64,000 nucleotides of DNA from Chromera velia (GCA_018398765.1 JAHBMJ010000299.1:1-64000); one strand, 5' to 3'. Counted from the first letter of the stretch, positions 32,730 through 47,180 are shown. Program-made: numbers and translations. The notes: generated by a model not told the origin, from the letters alone.

Positions 32730-32890
32730 CCCCCGCGGGCCGGCCCCGGCCTTTGCACCGCGGGCCATGCATGCATGCAGCCCGCGCGGCGGCCCCCGCG
32801 CACGCTATACGCGGCGGGGCCTGCATGTCGTATCGCATGCATGCGCATGACTTGCATTGTTGCATCTGACGCACGCGAAGCGTGCGAATG
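32730..32890. promoter_or_regulatory. GC-rich TGCATG-containing putative bidirectional promoter
   Basis: Lies between divergent starts at 32417 (-) and 33446 (+) and contains CATGCATGCATGCA and GCATGCATGC. Confidence 0.55.
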
Positions 32891-33445
32891 GCCCGGAAAG
32901 ATTTTTTTTATGGATTCAGGTCGTGGGTTCGAGCCCTTGGATCCTCACTTTTTCGTCAAGATTTACCAGGATTCTGTGCGTGAGCAGCGTCAGCGCAGGG
33001 GGGGTCTCGGGGAGAAAAGCTTATTAAGTGCCCTCCAGATAAATCTTTCCGGGCCAAAGTGTTGCAAGAATGCAACACACCTGTTCAAAGGGTTAATTGT
33101 CGTTGCAAAAAGCCTTGCAACGTTTTTGCACATGCAATGGGCATGCATATTTATTCGCGCAGATTATATTGTATTCTGTTGTCCACGTATATACGTATTG
33201 TACTATATATATTTGATGATTGATGATTCAATCAAGTCAATAAATATGCCAGATGTACGTATTCGTCAACATCTGTCTAGAGATCTGTGCTTTGGGGAGA
33301 AAATCTGAGAACATTACGCCCAAGTCAATACGATGGTCGATGCGTAGCTAAAGTGTATAAATGTATTGACATGTTGTGAAACGGAAAGCTGGCCTGCCAT
33401 GACGCATCGTCGTTTCGAATTGTGACACTCTTGAGTACGATCGGC

Positions 33446-33664
33446 ATGGCAGAGGACGAAGAAAGTGGCAAGAGACTGAATCTGTACAGGAACAACCGCT
33501 ATGGTCAGCCGTCTGCCAACACGCAAAGTACCCGTGCCATGGTTTTGCATGCACCTCTGATCCGATCATTCATCCGGATAGATGTGCTTCTTCTCTCCAA
33601 ATTTGAATTGCTTCATTTTTCCCGAAGTCGCCTCTCACCCCTCACTCTGTCCCCTCCCCCCTAC

Positions 33665-33708
<44 letters not shown>

Positions 33709-34518
33709 CTGTGTATGTGTGTGTGTCTGTTAGTATGTCTGTTAGTGTGTCTGTGTGTGTCTGTTAGCGACAGAGGCTATTGCAAAATGGTTTCTCTGTC
33801 TGCCTGTCTGCCTGTCTTTTTGTCTGTCCGTTTGCTTTCCTGTCTGATTATCTGTATGTTTACTTTTTTGCACGTGTGCCTGTCCATCTATAATTAAGTG
33901 GTTGCATCCTTTGTTTTTTTGTGTTTATTCTCGTTGTGCGTGCTTGTGTGTGCGAGTGGCAGCCGCCGTCCATCTCAGCTCTCGTAAATTCCCTCTGGCG
34001 ATATTTGTCTGTGTGATTATTTCTATCCACTCCGGCTCTACTTCTTTTGTCTTTTTTAGCTGATGGATACGTCGCTTCATGAGGCTTCACATTGTGTGAT
34101 AGTTCTTGCTGACAGCTTGCCAGTGAGGTTCACAGCGTTTTTTCTGAACGTCTTCTTTTATCAGGAGAGATCCGAAGAGCTATGAGGACACGAACTCAAT
34201 TTTCCAACTTGCCGACGAGGGAGCCATAGCGTTGGTGTCCATGAAAGAGCTGTTGAAAGTCCTGAAAGAGCTGAACAGAAATGGTCAACGCATAGCGCAC
34301 AGGCAAGAAATGGAGAAGATCTACAAGGACACAGGCCTCTTCTACAAGCCCGGCCGCAACAAGTATCCTGTTGGTAGAGCATGAACAGAGCTACAATTGC
34401 GGCCTTTGTACTGTTCGCTTCCACACTGTTTTTTGTTTGTCTGTAACTCTTTCAGTCTCTTTGTCTGCTCTCCCCGGTGCAGTCACATGTCCCTCTTACT
34501 TACAACATTGTGTATTGA

Positions 34519-34588
<70 letters not shown>

Positions 34589-35847
34589 TATGGACTGTGC
34601 ATGCCCCGATCTGTTTTATCGTTCGCACTCTGCCTGTAATTATCATTTTTACTCCATTTTATGTAAGAAGCTGGAAGCACTGCCGTTCTTTCATACAATT
34701 TGGCATGGACGCATTGTGATATTTCTAGCAGCACGTTCTCCGCGCTTCTTTTGTGTATCAACGTGGCGAGCAAACGATTTTTTCATTGCCTCTTGGGGTG
34801 GGTGCGTGTGTGTATGTGTGTGTGTGGGTGTGTGTATGTGCGTGTGTGTGTGTGTTTGTGAGAGAGAGAGAGAGAGAGGAGGAAACGCGAAAGACAAGTG
34901 GGTAGACAAACACACGAACACACACGCACACACACACACATACAGAGGGGGGGGGGGGGGAGAGAGAACGAGAAAAAAGGGAGGGAGTTGAGTGTGACTG
35001 GGTGTGCGTCTCCTTGTGTTGCTCGTTTGCTCGACCTGTTTGCCCAGTCTTTTCTTAGAAGAAAGTATTAGACTATCAGTGGCGGTCTTCAACGTTCTTT
35101 TAATTTTGGTTGTACAGGTTGTGGCGCTCTGCTATCCATGGAACCGCAAAGACCATCCAGACCCTTTCGGAATCACAACTGGGATTCTACACGAAACCTT
35201 TTATCAGGTAGTCGATGAGTGACTGTCATCTATCAAATTCAACCGTTTCTGGCTCAGCACCATTTCAAAAGTCTTGAAAGGACAAAAAATTGCATGTAGC
35301 CAGGAAACGATCGTCCACGCTTGGATTGTGAAGAATATACGTCGATCGACTGTCAATCAATCTGAGTCTCCTGCAGCGTCAAAAGTTTGTGAATTGATGG
35401 GTGACAGGCTCACTCATTTCAACCGGTGAATACCTTTACTAGCCTCCTGCAGGAATTTTTCGGATTTGCGTCTTCGAACAACCGTCTGCTCAAGGGAGGG
35501 TATGCGGACGACTCGAAAAACAAACTGCTCTTTTGGGACTATCTCTCACTGTACCAAGTCAGTCAGGATTGACGACGAGTGCAAAGAAAGAAACACACAC
35601 TGTGGATCTTGGATCATCATAACACTTTGACATACACTCTCTGTCTGTCTGTCTCTTTCACTTTCTATCTCTCTTTCTTTCTATCTCTCTCGCTCTCTTT
35701 CTCTCTCTCTCTTTCTCACACATACACACGCACGCACACGGAGAGAGGGAGAGAGGGAGGAGGGAGAGAGGGAGAGAAACAGGCACGAAGACAGGAAGAA
35801 GCTCCGCGGTTTTCACTCGCTGTCCCCTGCTCTCTGATCTCTATTGA

Positions 35848-35878
<31 letters not shown>

Positions 35879-37992
35879 GCTTCTTTCTCTCTTTCTCTTT
35901 CACTCGCACACCCACACACACGCACGCTGCGTCTGATCTTGAGGGTGTTTGCACTGTTTTCTTTGTGTTTTATTTCAATCGTTTCTGTTCCATGTTGTGT
36001 TTTCCTCACATTTTCTCACCGCAGCATCCCGACCCAGACAACGGGAAATACCGGACGGAAGAGGAGGAACGATTGTTTAAGAAAGCACTCTCCAACATGC
36101 AGTTGATATATGGAAACAGGCAAGTTGGCTGCCTTTTTTTTTTTACGTGAACCTGCCTTTGAACGCAGAGGGTCGGTCTCAGTTTGTTGTTCTCAGTTCC
36201 TCTCAGTGGTTTTCCTTTGCAGCCTATCAAGGACACAGTGGAAGCCTGCGCCTTGTAAGCTGTTCAATCGTCGAAGAAACTTCCGATTCCCTGAATTCAA
36301 CCGTGCGCGACCCCTGCAATGATTTGATTCTGCAGGGCCGTGACCACATAGAGGTGTACGACGGGACCCGACTTCTATGCCGATGAGCTGGAAGATGCCA
36401 CAGGAGAAAAGAAAAACGGGAGAAAATACTACCAAAAGGGGTGGTATGTCCGAATTGTTTTGTGTTGAATCAAAGTTGCATGCCGGTGGTCCATGGAGGG
36501 CGCCCATTCAAATACACTTTGTATTTTCCATGAACATCTACACACCTGTGAACCTTTGAACAATGCTGATATCGCACGACACGTCTTCAGTCACGGTCAG
36601 CGCATCTTCACATCTGTGTCTTGTCTGAGGGGCCAAAATTGCTTGCCGAAGCTGTGCTTTGAATCGAAAGCAGCCCTCCGCATCTTTCCTTTGGAACCCC
36701 TTCGGTAGAACTCCACACGTCCATGTCCTTTTTGCAGGTGCGTATTCGAGAGTGCCGTGTCCGCAATGAAAGGCGGGCCACGAAGTGTTGTGCACGACAT
36801 CGGCGTACAAACGCTCAGGACGCGGCAGGAGCTCCAGCCACTGGCTGTTCTGGTCTCTCCTGACTACTTTCAGAGCCTCCTGACAGAAGAAGACGAAAGC
36901 GGAGAGGCTAGAGTGCAGTTCACAAATGGATCGGATGCAAGTGTCTGTTGCCGACTTTTCGAGCAGTTCGCACGGCTGAAGACTTCCGAGGTACGTCTCT
37001 TTGAAAATGTCGCGTGCCCGACAAATCACAGCAGCGAGAACGGCAGCAAAACTCTAACAGAAAATTGAAAGCATGAAAAGCGAAAAGGGCAGGATAGGAC
37101 AAACGAGAAAGAACAAGTGCTGGTAGTCTGTCTTTGAATCGGTTGATGTCTCCTACTTCGCATTCAAAAAGAACTGTCATCGGTTTCAAACGCTGAGTGG
37201 AAGTCAGCGTGTCAATGACAAAATTGAGTGACTACGTATGCTGGTGCATAAACAGATTGAATGTTGCATGTTTGATGTAAGCCTCCATACGTATTGGTGA
37301 ATAGTTTGCGTCTTCTATGCATGCATTCCCGAATGCAGCTTGAGGAGATCTCAACCTCAAGACCCCACAGCGGATTCTTTTGGTCTGAGAAGAAGCAGAT
37401 CCTTTCTCCGGCAGAGGTTGGTCGATCTTCACTCTGTTACTTATTATCAATGTCAAGGGAAGCGCCCAACTCACCGCTGTGTACATACCGTGGCATATAT
37501 GCGTGTACAAACTTCGTCTCTCGTTTGAATGGATTGTGTTGGCAGCCTGATGCAGAAGAAGCCAAAAATCCAGTCGAGGTTGCAAAGGCCCTTCTGTCCT
37601 TCTTAGAGTTTCTTGCACAAGAGAGGGGGGACAGACTCTGGCATGTGGACCTTTCTGGGCACAGGCTTGCGCGTTTCCGGGCCGAATCCGGGTGCGTCTA
37701 TTCTGGAGGGAGCGCCGAAATGAGAGCTTCGTGTTCCTTTGAGGACCTGGCTGTTGCTCTGTCGAACATTGAGAGCGTCACGCAGGTGACCATTCCTTTC
37801 AATGGGCTTCTCCGCTACACCCGTGTCTGGAGAGTCATGCGCCGCCATCTTCCAAAAGAGAAAGTTCGACTGGTGAGTGTGTGTACATGTGTGGCTCCAT
37901 GTGGACTAATGTGGGTGTTTTCGTCTCACTGGGAGGACAGCGTGTCTTTGGAGACCTTCATGATCGAGAAGTTCAACGCGACAGATTTGTAG
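33446..37992 (+). CDS. HET-domain-like (TIR-related) protein with possible degenerate LRR-like C-terminus, multi-exon
   Basis: Spliced motifs in order: GAIALVSMKEL..RIAHRQE (~34220), VVALCYPW..DHPDPFG (35119), LLFWDYLSLYQ (~35525), RTEEEERLFKKALSNMQLIYG (~36050), KYYQKGW|CVFESAVS (36430|36739). These match the HET pattern ALSYxW..WxDxxxxxQ..M..IY..RxWxxxE. Both ends and one acceptor (about 36336 or 36352) are uncertain. Confidence 0.75.
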
Positions 37993-39591
37993 TTAACTGG
38001 GATTTTTGACATGAGCCAGAGTGACAGTGTCCTTCCGTTGATTCCGAGTCTTTTCAAATGCTGTCTATTCTCAGTGGCTATAGTCGATGGACTTTATTGG
38101 TTGTGCTGTCGATGCAGAGGACCCGCTGGGTTCCTTGGCTCTTGGATGACATCCATCTCTCTCCGCTTCCCCTGCTCCAGTGTGTTTTCGGCATCCACCT
38201 GCTTTGCTTTCTCGGTATTGACTGCCTGCGCGGATGTACGAGGCGGTGGCGAAAGGCTTGTCCTCCCGTCTGCTGCCCTTGTTTTGCTTTTCGCTGTGCT
38301 CGCAGAAAGAAGAGGCGCTGAACGACCTTCTCTGATTCAAACACAAGGAGAAGCAGACAGCGATCCTTATTTCTTTCGAGAAAGAAACCAACATTCAATT
38401 TTCCTACTCTTGCACAGCAACTGAGCCCCCCTGCTTTTTGCACTCTCGACCCCGCGTGTGTGCATGCACTTGCACTGGGCTGCACTCCCAGACCCTCCTA
38501 TACTGCATTTAATTGTACAGCTGGCCGTAGCAGACTCTCATCTCCCTCTCGCCGATGCATATTCGCTCATCATGTAGTCTACACTTCCCTTTCAACTGTT
38601 TTTTATATATTTTTTCCTTCACTTAAGAAGAACGAGCTGATACGTAGAAGAAAAAAGGCTGCATGGTGACCAGGTATCTGACAAAGAATTGAAAACCTTC
38701 ACAAAAAAATTTCAAAGCTTCAATTCAGAAACTTTTCATTGCATTGAAGTTAAGCGGCAATTGCTATAAAATATGCATATATCATTCTCTCAAAGTTATA
38801 AATTATAACTATTGTTTTGCAGTGCTTCTAGCTAGCACTATACTTCACTGTACTGTAATTCATTCAAAAGAAAAATTGAAAGTACCATAAAATATTTTTT
38901 TGACGTACACAAATGTAGAAATTAAACTACAATTTTAGAGATATCTAGAGAAATATGTATATATTTTCACTTTTTAAAAAAACAACTTTCAATATTTGAT
39001 AATTAAAACACAATGGTCAAACATTTTTTTTTAAGTCCGTAGTAAATTGTATTAAGATATAATAATTCTTCAAAACTATGGATATATATATAATAGCTAT
39101 ATAGATATATATGTGTGTGTGTATATATTTAGGACCGCGTGAAACCTATAGATTGAAACCGATACAAGTATCAATGCTGAGGGGAACAATACAATATTCT
39201 ATTATAAGCTGCAAGTTGAAGGGCCGGGTTGGCGCCATACCAGTAAAGTGGCTTAACATGGCTAGAAAACAATTTAAAATGAGCTAGCGTCACTCATGTG
39301 CGAGCATGATGCGCCCGAGGTTGAAGAATTTGAAAATATGCATCCTGCGTCAAAAGATTTAAAATGTGACTTGGAATTGCTGTTAAAATGACCAAACTGC
39401 CTTGTGCGTTGCCGCCTAACGCTAGACGCCTATTTATAGGCTGATGACGATGACGTATGATGCCTGCCAGTGATGATGATGATGATGATACAAGCAGTTC
39501 TACTCCACTGCAATTTCTGTAAACAGATCCGAATACGTTCTCTGACTGGCCAAATACGGTCAAACATCGCTGTCACTGTGAGTCTTCATGT

Positions 39592-42358
39592 TCATTTAAA
39601 ATCCCCATCCAACTCTTTTACAGGAGCTGAACTCGGTCTGACATCGTCAATGTCCTCCATACCACCTTCAGTTGAATCGGGAGAGTCATCATACTGACTA
39701 GGCATCCGGCCTTTCTCATTCAGAACGAAAAACTTGTTTGGGAGCTCTCCTGTGCTCCGTGCAAACCTTTGGTCTTCATCGGACTCCAAATCGACTCCAC
39801 CCTTGACCTCGGAGCCCTTTCCCGCTGGCATGAGAGAACTAGGCCTGTTTCTGGCTGTCTGCAGTGCGGGCTCTGCCGCGGTTCTCTTGTACATTTGAGT
39901 ACCGGAGAGATGGGCGTCCATCAGCGGATTTTTGGGGCCATCCGATTCCTTTCTGTCTCTGACTGGAGCCTTGGAGTGCGAGACCGGCTTCAGACACACC
40001 GACGAGGGGCCTGCTTCCTTGGTCTTCTTCTTCCACTTCTTCCAGTTCCAGTCCTTACTGAAACCCTCACACCTGCACGTACTCATGAAACAAATGACGG
40101 CAAAGGAAGAAAGGATGGTCGTCAAAAGACTGATATGAAACAGCGAAAACAGATGTGTGTGGAGGGTCGAACATTAAGGCAGAGAGTGGCTCGAGAAGAA
40201 TTAGGCTGTAAGGGTGCAAGGACCGAATAAAATGTGGCGTCATGTAATGCAAGCGAAGGGCCGAACCAAACTACGGAGACAAAAAAGGGCACATGCAGGC
40301 TCACCTGCTTCGCATCTGTCCGCTGTCGTCCCCACAGTCACAAGCAAGCGCGCACAAAATTGTGGTCATCTGCAAGCCTCTCACAGACAGAAGAGATTTG
40401 ATATGATCGACAGAAAGTTCAAATGGGCGAAAGACTCACTCATTGCCCTTCCAGGTGAGAGGGGGGGCTTCAATGTTAGAGACAGACCGGATCAGTGGAA
40501 TGATTGCCTACCTGCGTAGCTGATTGACAGACTGACAGACTGACGGACTGACTGAATGACGGACCGACTCTGACCGACTGGATGAATCCAATTTGCACGA
40601 TGGGAAAAAAATTCAAATCTGCATGCCTGAATTCAGACAGTCAGTCCAGCTTGGCACAACTTTGTGCCTCCCCGAGTGAGCCTTCTGATTCGTCACCGCT
40701 CATTCTTCTCCCAGTAAGATGGTACCAAAAAAGCCTCCAGACAGATAGACAGACCGTTAGGCAGGCATGCAGACAGACAAACAGACTTGCTGGCTGACTG
40801 ACTGACAGAGTGGCAAGGAAGAGGTTCCTCCTCGAAGCAGTCGATGTGTTGGATCAGTCCCGTCACCTTGTCGACCTGCACAACACACACACGCACACAG
40901 ACAGACAGACAGACTCGGTAAGCCAGGCCAGTAGATTGAGGGAAAAGCAGAAAATTGACTCTTTCTCTCTCTCTCTCTCTCTGCCCCCCCCCCCNNNNNN
41001 NNNNNNNNNNNNNNNNNNNNNNNNNNNNNNNNNNNNNNNNNNNNNNNNNNNNNNNNNNNNNNNNNNNNNNNNNNNNNNNNNNNNNNNNNNNNNNNNNNNN
41101 NNNNNNNNNNNNNNNNNNNNNNNNNNNNNNNNNNNNNNNNNNNNNNNNNNNNNNNNNNNNNNNNNNNNNNNNNNNNNNNNNNNNNNNNNNNNNNNNNNNN
41201 NNNNNNNNNNNNNNNNNNNNNNNNNNNNNNNNNNNNNNNNNNNNNNNNNNNNNNNNNNNNNNNNNNNNNNNNNNNNNNNNNNNNNNNNNNNNNNNNNNNN
41301 NNNNNNNNNNNNNNNNNNNNNNNNNNNNNNNNNNNNNNNNNCGCCCCCCCCCCACACACAGGTGTGCTGGCGGATAGGTTGAAATGCTAACCAGCAAACA
41401 GGCATAAAAGCGTAAGTACACGGACCTTTGGAATGAGATCGTATGAAGGAATGACTGCGGTCACCCATCTCTTCAGAGAATTCTTCGCGTTCTCTGCAAC
41501 CTTGTTCGCCCAGGACGCGCTCCCAGCGGACGGAGCAGTTTCGTCCATCTCCATCTCCCCCCTGAACCTGACGATATTGTAACCCTGCAAGAAGGAAGTC
41601 GACGAAGGAGACAATTTCCTCTCTAACGAGGGACACTATCCTTAGAGAGTCTGTGCAAGTGGCCAATCAGTGAGGTGGTTGGTCATGCTGGGCAATTCAT
41701 CCAGAAACCAAGTGAGGGTCCGTACCTTGTTTCGATCGAGGTCTCCGATTCAGTGCGCGTACAATTAAACAAATAGTCTCACTTAATTCTGTGTCTCCAC
41801 GTTCCTGTCCACAGACGTGCGCTTCTGTCTCAATTCAACCTGTCAACGACCAGCTCAGTTACTCTGCGCACCTTTCAAACCTCCACCCGACCGACCTACC
41901 ATTCCTGGTGCCGAGAATGTGACTGCAGGAACTTGACGTCGAGGAGCAAGGACAGACGCGATTGCGCCTCCCAGTGAGTGCCCCGTGAGAAGAATGTGGG
42001 GGCGCTGCAGTGAATTTGGAGAGTCAGTGCAAGCGTGAGAGAATATGTAGCATTGGCAAAGAAGAGTCAATCTTGGCTGAAATAGGTAAGTTTAGACGGT
42101 TGCTTGGAGTGCGATGATCTCTCCTTCCTCTCTTTGGGTACTCTGCAGAGAGCGTCTTAGGACACTACGTCTGTGCAAGAAACATCAAGATGTGATGCGC
42201 ATGGTGGTGTCTGCAGATCGTTTTTTGGTTTTTCAAGGTCAAAGAGATCTGCCGAGCTTGACAGCTCTCATTTTTTGGCCAACTTTTGCACTCCCGTCAT
42301 TCGGAAGAAAAAGATTTGGAGTGTGAGTCCGTAGGATCCCTGTCTTCTTGCTCCTAGT

Positions 42359-42398
<40 letters not shown>

Positions 42399-42399
42399 G

Positions 42400-42480
<81 letters not shown>

Positions 42481-44132
42481 TTGTTATCCATTCATCCTTC
42501 TTCCTCTATTTGGCCGCCTCTTTTATCTTTTCTGTCACTATTTTCTGTGCCAAACCCGCTTTTATTTATTCATCCATCCGTTCATCCATCCATCCATCCA
42601 TCCATCCATCCATCCATCCATCCACCCTTCTGACCGGTCCCCCCTTTGCTTTGTCTTTGATCTCCTGAATCCTCTCTCTCAGCACCTTGTTCCTGTCCTC
42701 TATCACTCCAAACACAGGATCGAACTGCGGCAGTACAAACAGCCATGAAGTTGGTATGGAGGGGTCACTCTCTGGCAAGCGTCTACACACACATACAGAG
42801 AATTGCCCTAAGACAAAGGGTGCGAGGTCCATATGACGAAAATCATTTTTGGTTGTGCCGAAGGGCTGGAAAGGAAGCGAGAGGAGAGTGAGAGAGAAAA
42901 CGACAGAAAACGAAGTCGAATGCAGAAGGCAGTGAGTGAGTAAGGAAACGGAAGAAAGTGAGTGTATCGAGAAGGACACTGAAAGCAATTAAGGAACCAT
43001 TCCATGCAGTGAAAGCTCGAGGGAAAAGATCAAAGAAGGACGTGTCGACCCTTGCAAGGTTGACCTCACGCGACAAAATGTCCGAGAAAAGAAAAGAAAA
43101 CAGAAGAGAGACAGACAGGATTCGACAGAAAAAAAGTTGGCCTTTGTGTATTATCCTTTCGAGCAACAACGGGTAGATACGAGCGCAAAAGGCTGCGTGC
43201 AGAGACAAGAATGAAAACGAAATCCTTCGGTATTCCTTGAGTGTCCGCATTTTTTTTTCTTTCGAAAAGGAATTCAGACAGACGGTCATCGCAGCTAACG
43301 AACCGTAAAGATCGAGGTTGAGGTTAACATTTTGTTCGTCCACCACTTAGGCAGCCAGGAAAGGACGGGAGTGATGTAGTTGTTCACTACCTGCACTCAG
43401 AAAGGCATGAAGGAAAGCGGGCAGATAGCAAACTCTGAGACAGGTTTGAGAAGCTAAATTGTCTGTAAGCAACCCCCCCTCCGCGCTCACCTGCGGGTCT
43501 TGCAAGATGAGACAAAGAACTTTCTGTCCCCTCTGCTGAGAAGACTGAAAGGTCAAATACGAACAAGATGGATCACTTGTACAACCACCAACCGACCTGC
43601 AGCACCGCGATGGATGACCAAAGAGAGAGGTCCGCAAAGACCTCGGCCTGGATTGTCGTGCCTCTGACCGCGATCTGAGAAGAGAAAAGAAAATCAACGC
43701 GTTGCACAGAGAGAGAGAAAATGGTTCGAAAGGAAACATTCGTTTGGAGTCTGTTGCTGGATTGCAGCTGCGCAGGCAGGCTTTTTCTAAGGGCTGTGCA
43801 GGAAGAGTTTAAAATTGCATTGGCGTCCGTTGCATGATGCAGTCTTTCCTTTGTCTTTTTCTTTCATTTGGCTTCGGCTGTAAGTTTTTTTTTTTCTCCT
43901 ATCTGACTTTTGGCGACCTGCTTTGCAGATTGGATCAAGCATGCAGCGACACCCTCCCCTGAGACATTCAAGGAAAACACACAACACACAAGCATACAGT
44001 GACGGACCACATACAAGTTGATGTCGGGGAATTTGACGGTGTACATTTTTCCCAACTTTGTTTCTGGTTCAATGCTCTGCTCGTCGATAACTACGCCTCT
44101 GCACGCTCAGAGACAATCAATTCAGCACAAAC

Positions 44133-44170
<38 letters not shown>

Positions 44171-47100
44171 TCTTGATGGGAGGCAGAAGCGGAAGAACCC
44201 GCGGCATGATGTTTCTTACGACAGATGCAATGAACTTCAGGTGCTTGAAGAAGTACGCGGTGAAACTTTCTAAAACCATCCACGTAAGTGAAGACCCTGC
44301 AAAGCCAAGTTGTGTGCCATCCGTCCGACAGCAATGCAGTCTCTTCTTTCTTTGCCACCCATGATATGACGGTTCCGTTACAGGATATTTCCTTTCCAGT
44401 CCAGCGCTTCCCTTTGAGCCAACAAACGCATATCAAAACACAACGATCAGTATGAGTAGGGCATGTTCTAGTGCAGCACCAAACTTTTCGTCAGCCGTTC
44501 TGACCCACGTTGGATTATTGCCATTAGATCGTGTGCGTGTGTGATTTCCAAAGTAGTCGTTCAGCCATGTCTTTGTGTCCTCAATCGAGGTCATGTAAAC
44601 ACCGTAGGCAACCTGGGCATGCAGGCAGGAAGAATCAGGGCCATCGATCCATATTCACTTTTGTAATTTGCGCAGAAAAGTGCATGTCAAACATACCGCA
44701 GTGTGATAACACTCTATGCAATTCATTGGAGGGAGGGAAGAAACGGAGACGTAAGCCAGATAGAGATGGCAAAGATCGCCGGGAACGTCCAGAAGGAGAA
44801 CATTGCAAATGACGATGGAATCAGCTAACTTCTCGGCAGCTCTCATGGTCGACTGTGTGGGTATAAGTGTGGAAGTGTGTGTGCAGCTGCATACGTGCTT
44901 TGGGTGGATTCTCTTTTCTCATCCAGAGAAAAAGAGAGAGAGAAAGACTTCATCTCTCACTGCGACATCCAGGACTCGAAGTGACTCGAAGCATGACTGA
45001 CCACTGCGACATCCAGGAGAGAAAGTCCAGGTCGTTGAAACGCCTGAGTGCCATATCTCTGTTCGCACAAGGGGTAACTCTTCCCGAACCTTTGTTGTCT
45101 GAGGAACGCTGTGTCCTCTTCGGCTTCTTTTTGAACTTCGTTCTCTTTGTCTTTCTGTCGTTCTGCTTCTCTCTCTTTCTGGGTCTGTGTCTGCGTGAGC
45201 TTTTCTAGAAATCCCAAAACTGCATCGCCTGTTGATTTTCGTCCGGCCCTTCTGCTTTCAGTTCGGAGTGATTTCCTCCTGTCTTTTTGGAGTGAAACAA
45301 AACTCGTGGTGCCATTTTTGTTTGCCTGCTGGGTCTGTGCAGCCTGCCGCAACACTGCCTGTCTGGCCAGATCAGAGTGCTGTGAGATTTTCGTCTTCTT
45401 TGTGCCTGTGTCAGAAGCAGGAGAAGGAGCGTCCGTGTCACCGCGTGGGTGAGCCGACGCGGTCGGTTCCACTGCGTTCTGTCGTTCGGGGGAATCGATG
45501 CGGGCAGACTCCAACCTGAGTATGGAGAGACAGTGGTGGAGGGGGAAACGGACGACGCTGTCATAATTCTGTTTGTTAGTTCACATGATGGGAGAAGACA
45601 CTCACTACTGTGTGCAGCAAAAGTAGATGGATGCGTTGGCACGCCTGACCATACAGGTGCAATTTGAACCCTGATGTGGGGGAACGGTCGTTCGGAACGA
45701 CACAGAGACAAAGAGATGCTCTGAATCGCGCCTCTTTTCATACGATTTGCGTCACTTGAACAGAGCAAGAAAAAAGGGAAATGGAAAGGAAGATAGAGAA
45801 CTGAGAAAACTGCATTTACCGATCTGGAGTTCTAGAGCGTTCAGTTCTTGATTGGGCAAGTCAGCCGGCTAGCTGAACGACCATTCACAGAGAAGTCCAA
45901 TCACATATTACTACTGCGAAGAGTAAAAACAATTAACCCTACCTTGAGGACGTGTAAACGGTCTCATCATCATCATCGGAGTCCTCGTCCTCGTCCCAAG
46001 CCGTGTCCGTAGAGCCAAAACCCGACAACCTTGCGCTCTCTCTCCTGTCATCGTCTGTCAGTGCGCCGTCGTGGAGCCTCAGGTTTTGGGCGGTCAGCTG
46101 AGAAACTCGGGGTCCCCCTGTGAAGCCTACGTGGTGGTGCTTGTGCTGATGTCCATGACCGTTGCGGCCCTCACTGCAGTCATTATTAATAGAAAAACGA
46201 GAAAGTCCTTGCCTTCTGTCTCGTGTCAACGCTTACATTCCCTTCCACATGTCTGCTCTGTTACCCCTCTTTGCTTCTTGAGTCAAAGGAGCCCGACCAT
46301 GTTTTTATCTGCCACATTTCTCTCGTCACCCTTTCCGCTTCTACACCCGAATGCCGGCCATGCCGCTAGCTCACCTTCCTTGGTATGCAGCGTCTTTCCA
46401 ATTAGAGCTAGTCTCGTTGTTGGCAGACGCGAAGTAGATGAGGGAGACGGAAATCAGAAGGAACGACAAGAGGGTCAGCGTGAACGCGAATCCCACCGCT
46501 TTCGGAAAAAGTAGGGTGGCTGCAGCAAGGGGATGATGACGAAAAGCAATCACAGTTCACGATTCATCACGCGTTCTAGCTAGAGAGAAGAGTACCCGGG
46601 TGGGCTAAGAACGAGACTGGGGCACAGGTGGAAAAACAGAACGAAGAAGAGAAGCATCCGCATGATTGACAAAAAATCAGGAACCGAAGAAAATTGCTCG
46701 ACTCAGATGCACGAAAGACATTTTTGGCTTCAAAACTAGCAATTGATCAGCGCAAGTGGCTTCAACTTTCCATGTCACCTCACAGTACACGGCACCCCCA
46801 CAATGCATCCGGCGTAGATTGCAATTTTTATGGCTAAGTACTCTCTCCACTACTTTCCCCCCCTCCCACTGACCTCCCCGGACGACCAAAAGAAGAGCGG
46901 TGACCAAAAAGATGGGCACCAGGAACATTGCATAGGTGCCCAAGTTGTCACTCAGAGATGCGAAGACGAGAATCACCCCTACTGCTGTCTGACTCAGGAG
47001 ACCAACTCCAAAACAAAACAGGGCCTGCAAACAATACAGAAAGCCATGCAAGGGAGATCAAGGGTTCAGAGGGCGACTGTGAGACCAAACGTTAGCTTGC

Positions 47101-47180
47101 ACATGATATTCCTGGCCCATTCATTTGTGAACAAGCAGCAAAGTGACCTGCCCAAAATGTGTTGCTTTTTCTTCCGCGGA

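Noticed and set aside
32880..32960. Complete tRNA gene
   Set aside because: Only a T-arm-like string is present; no cloverleaf can be built.
38640..39300. AT-rich islands (also 2520-3600, 13400-13830, 18940-19500, 55800-56400) as MITEs or Helitrons
   Set aside because: I found no convincing TIR/TSD pairs or Helitron termini by eye.
40693..41666. ORFs spanning the N run
   Set aside because: They are artefacts of the assembly gap.
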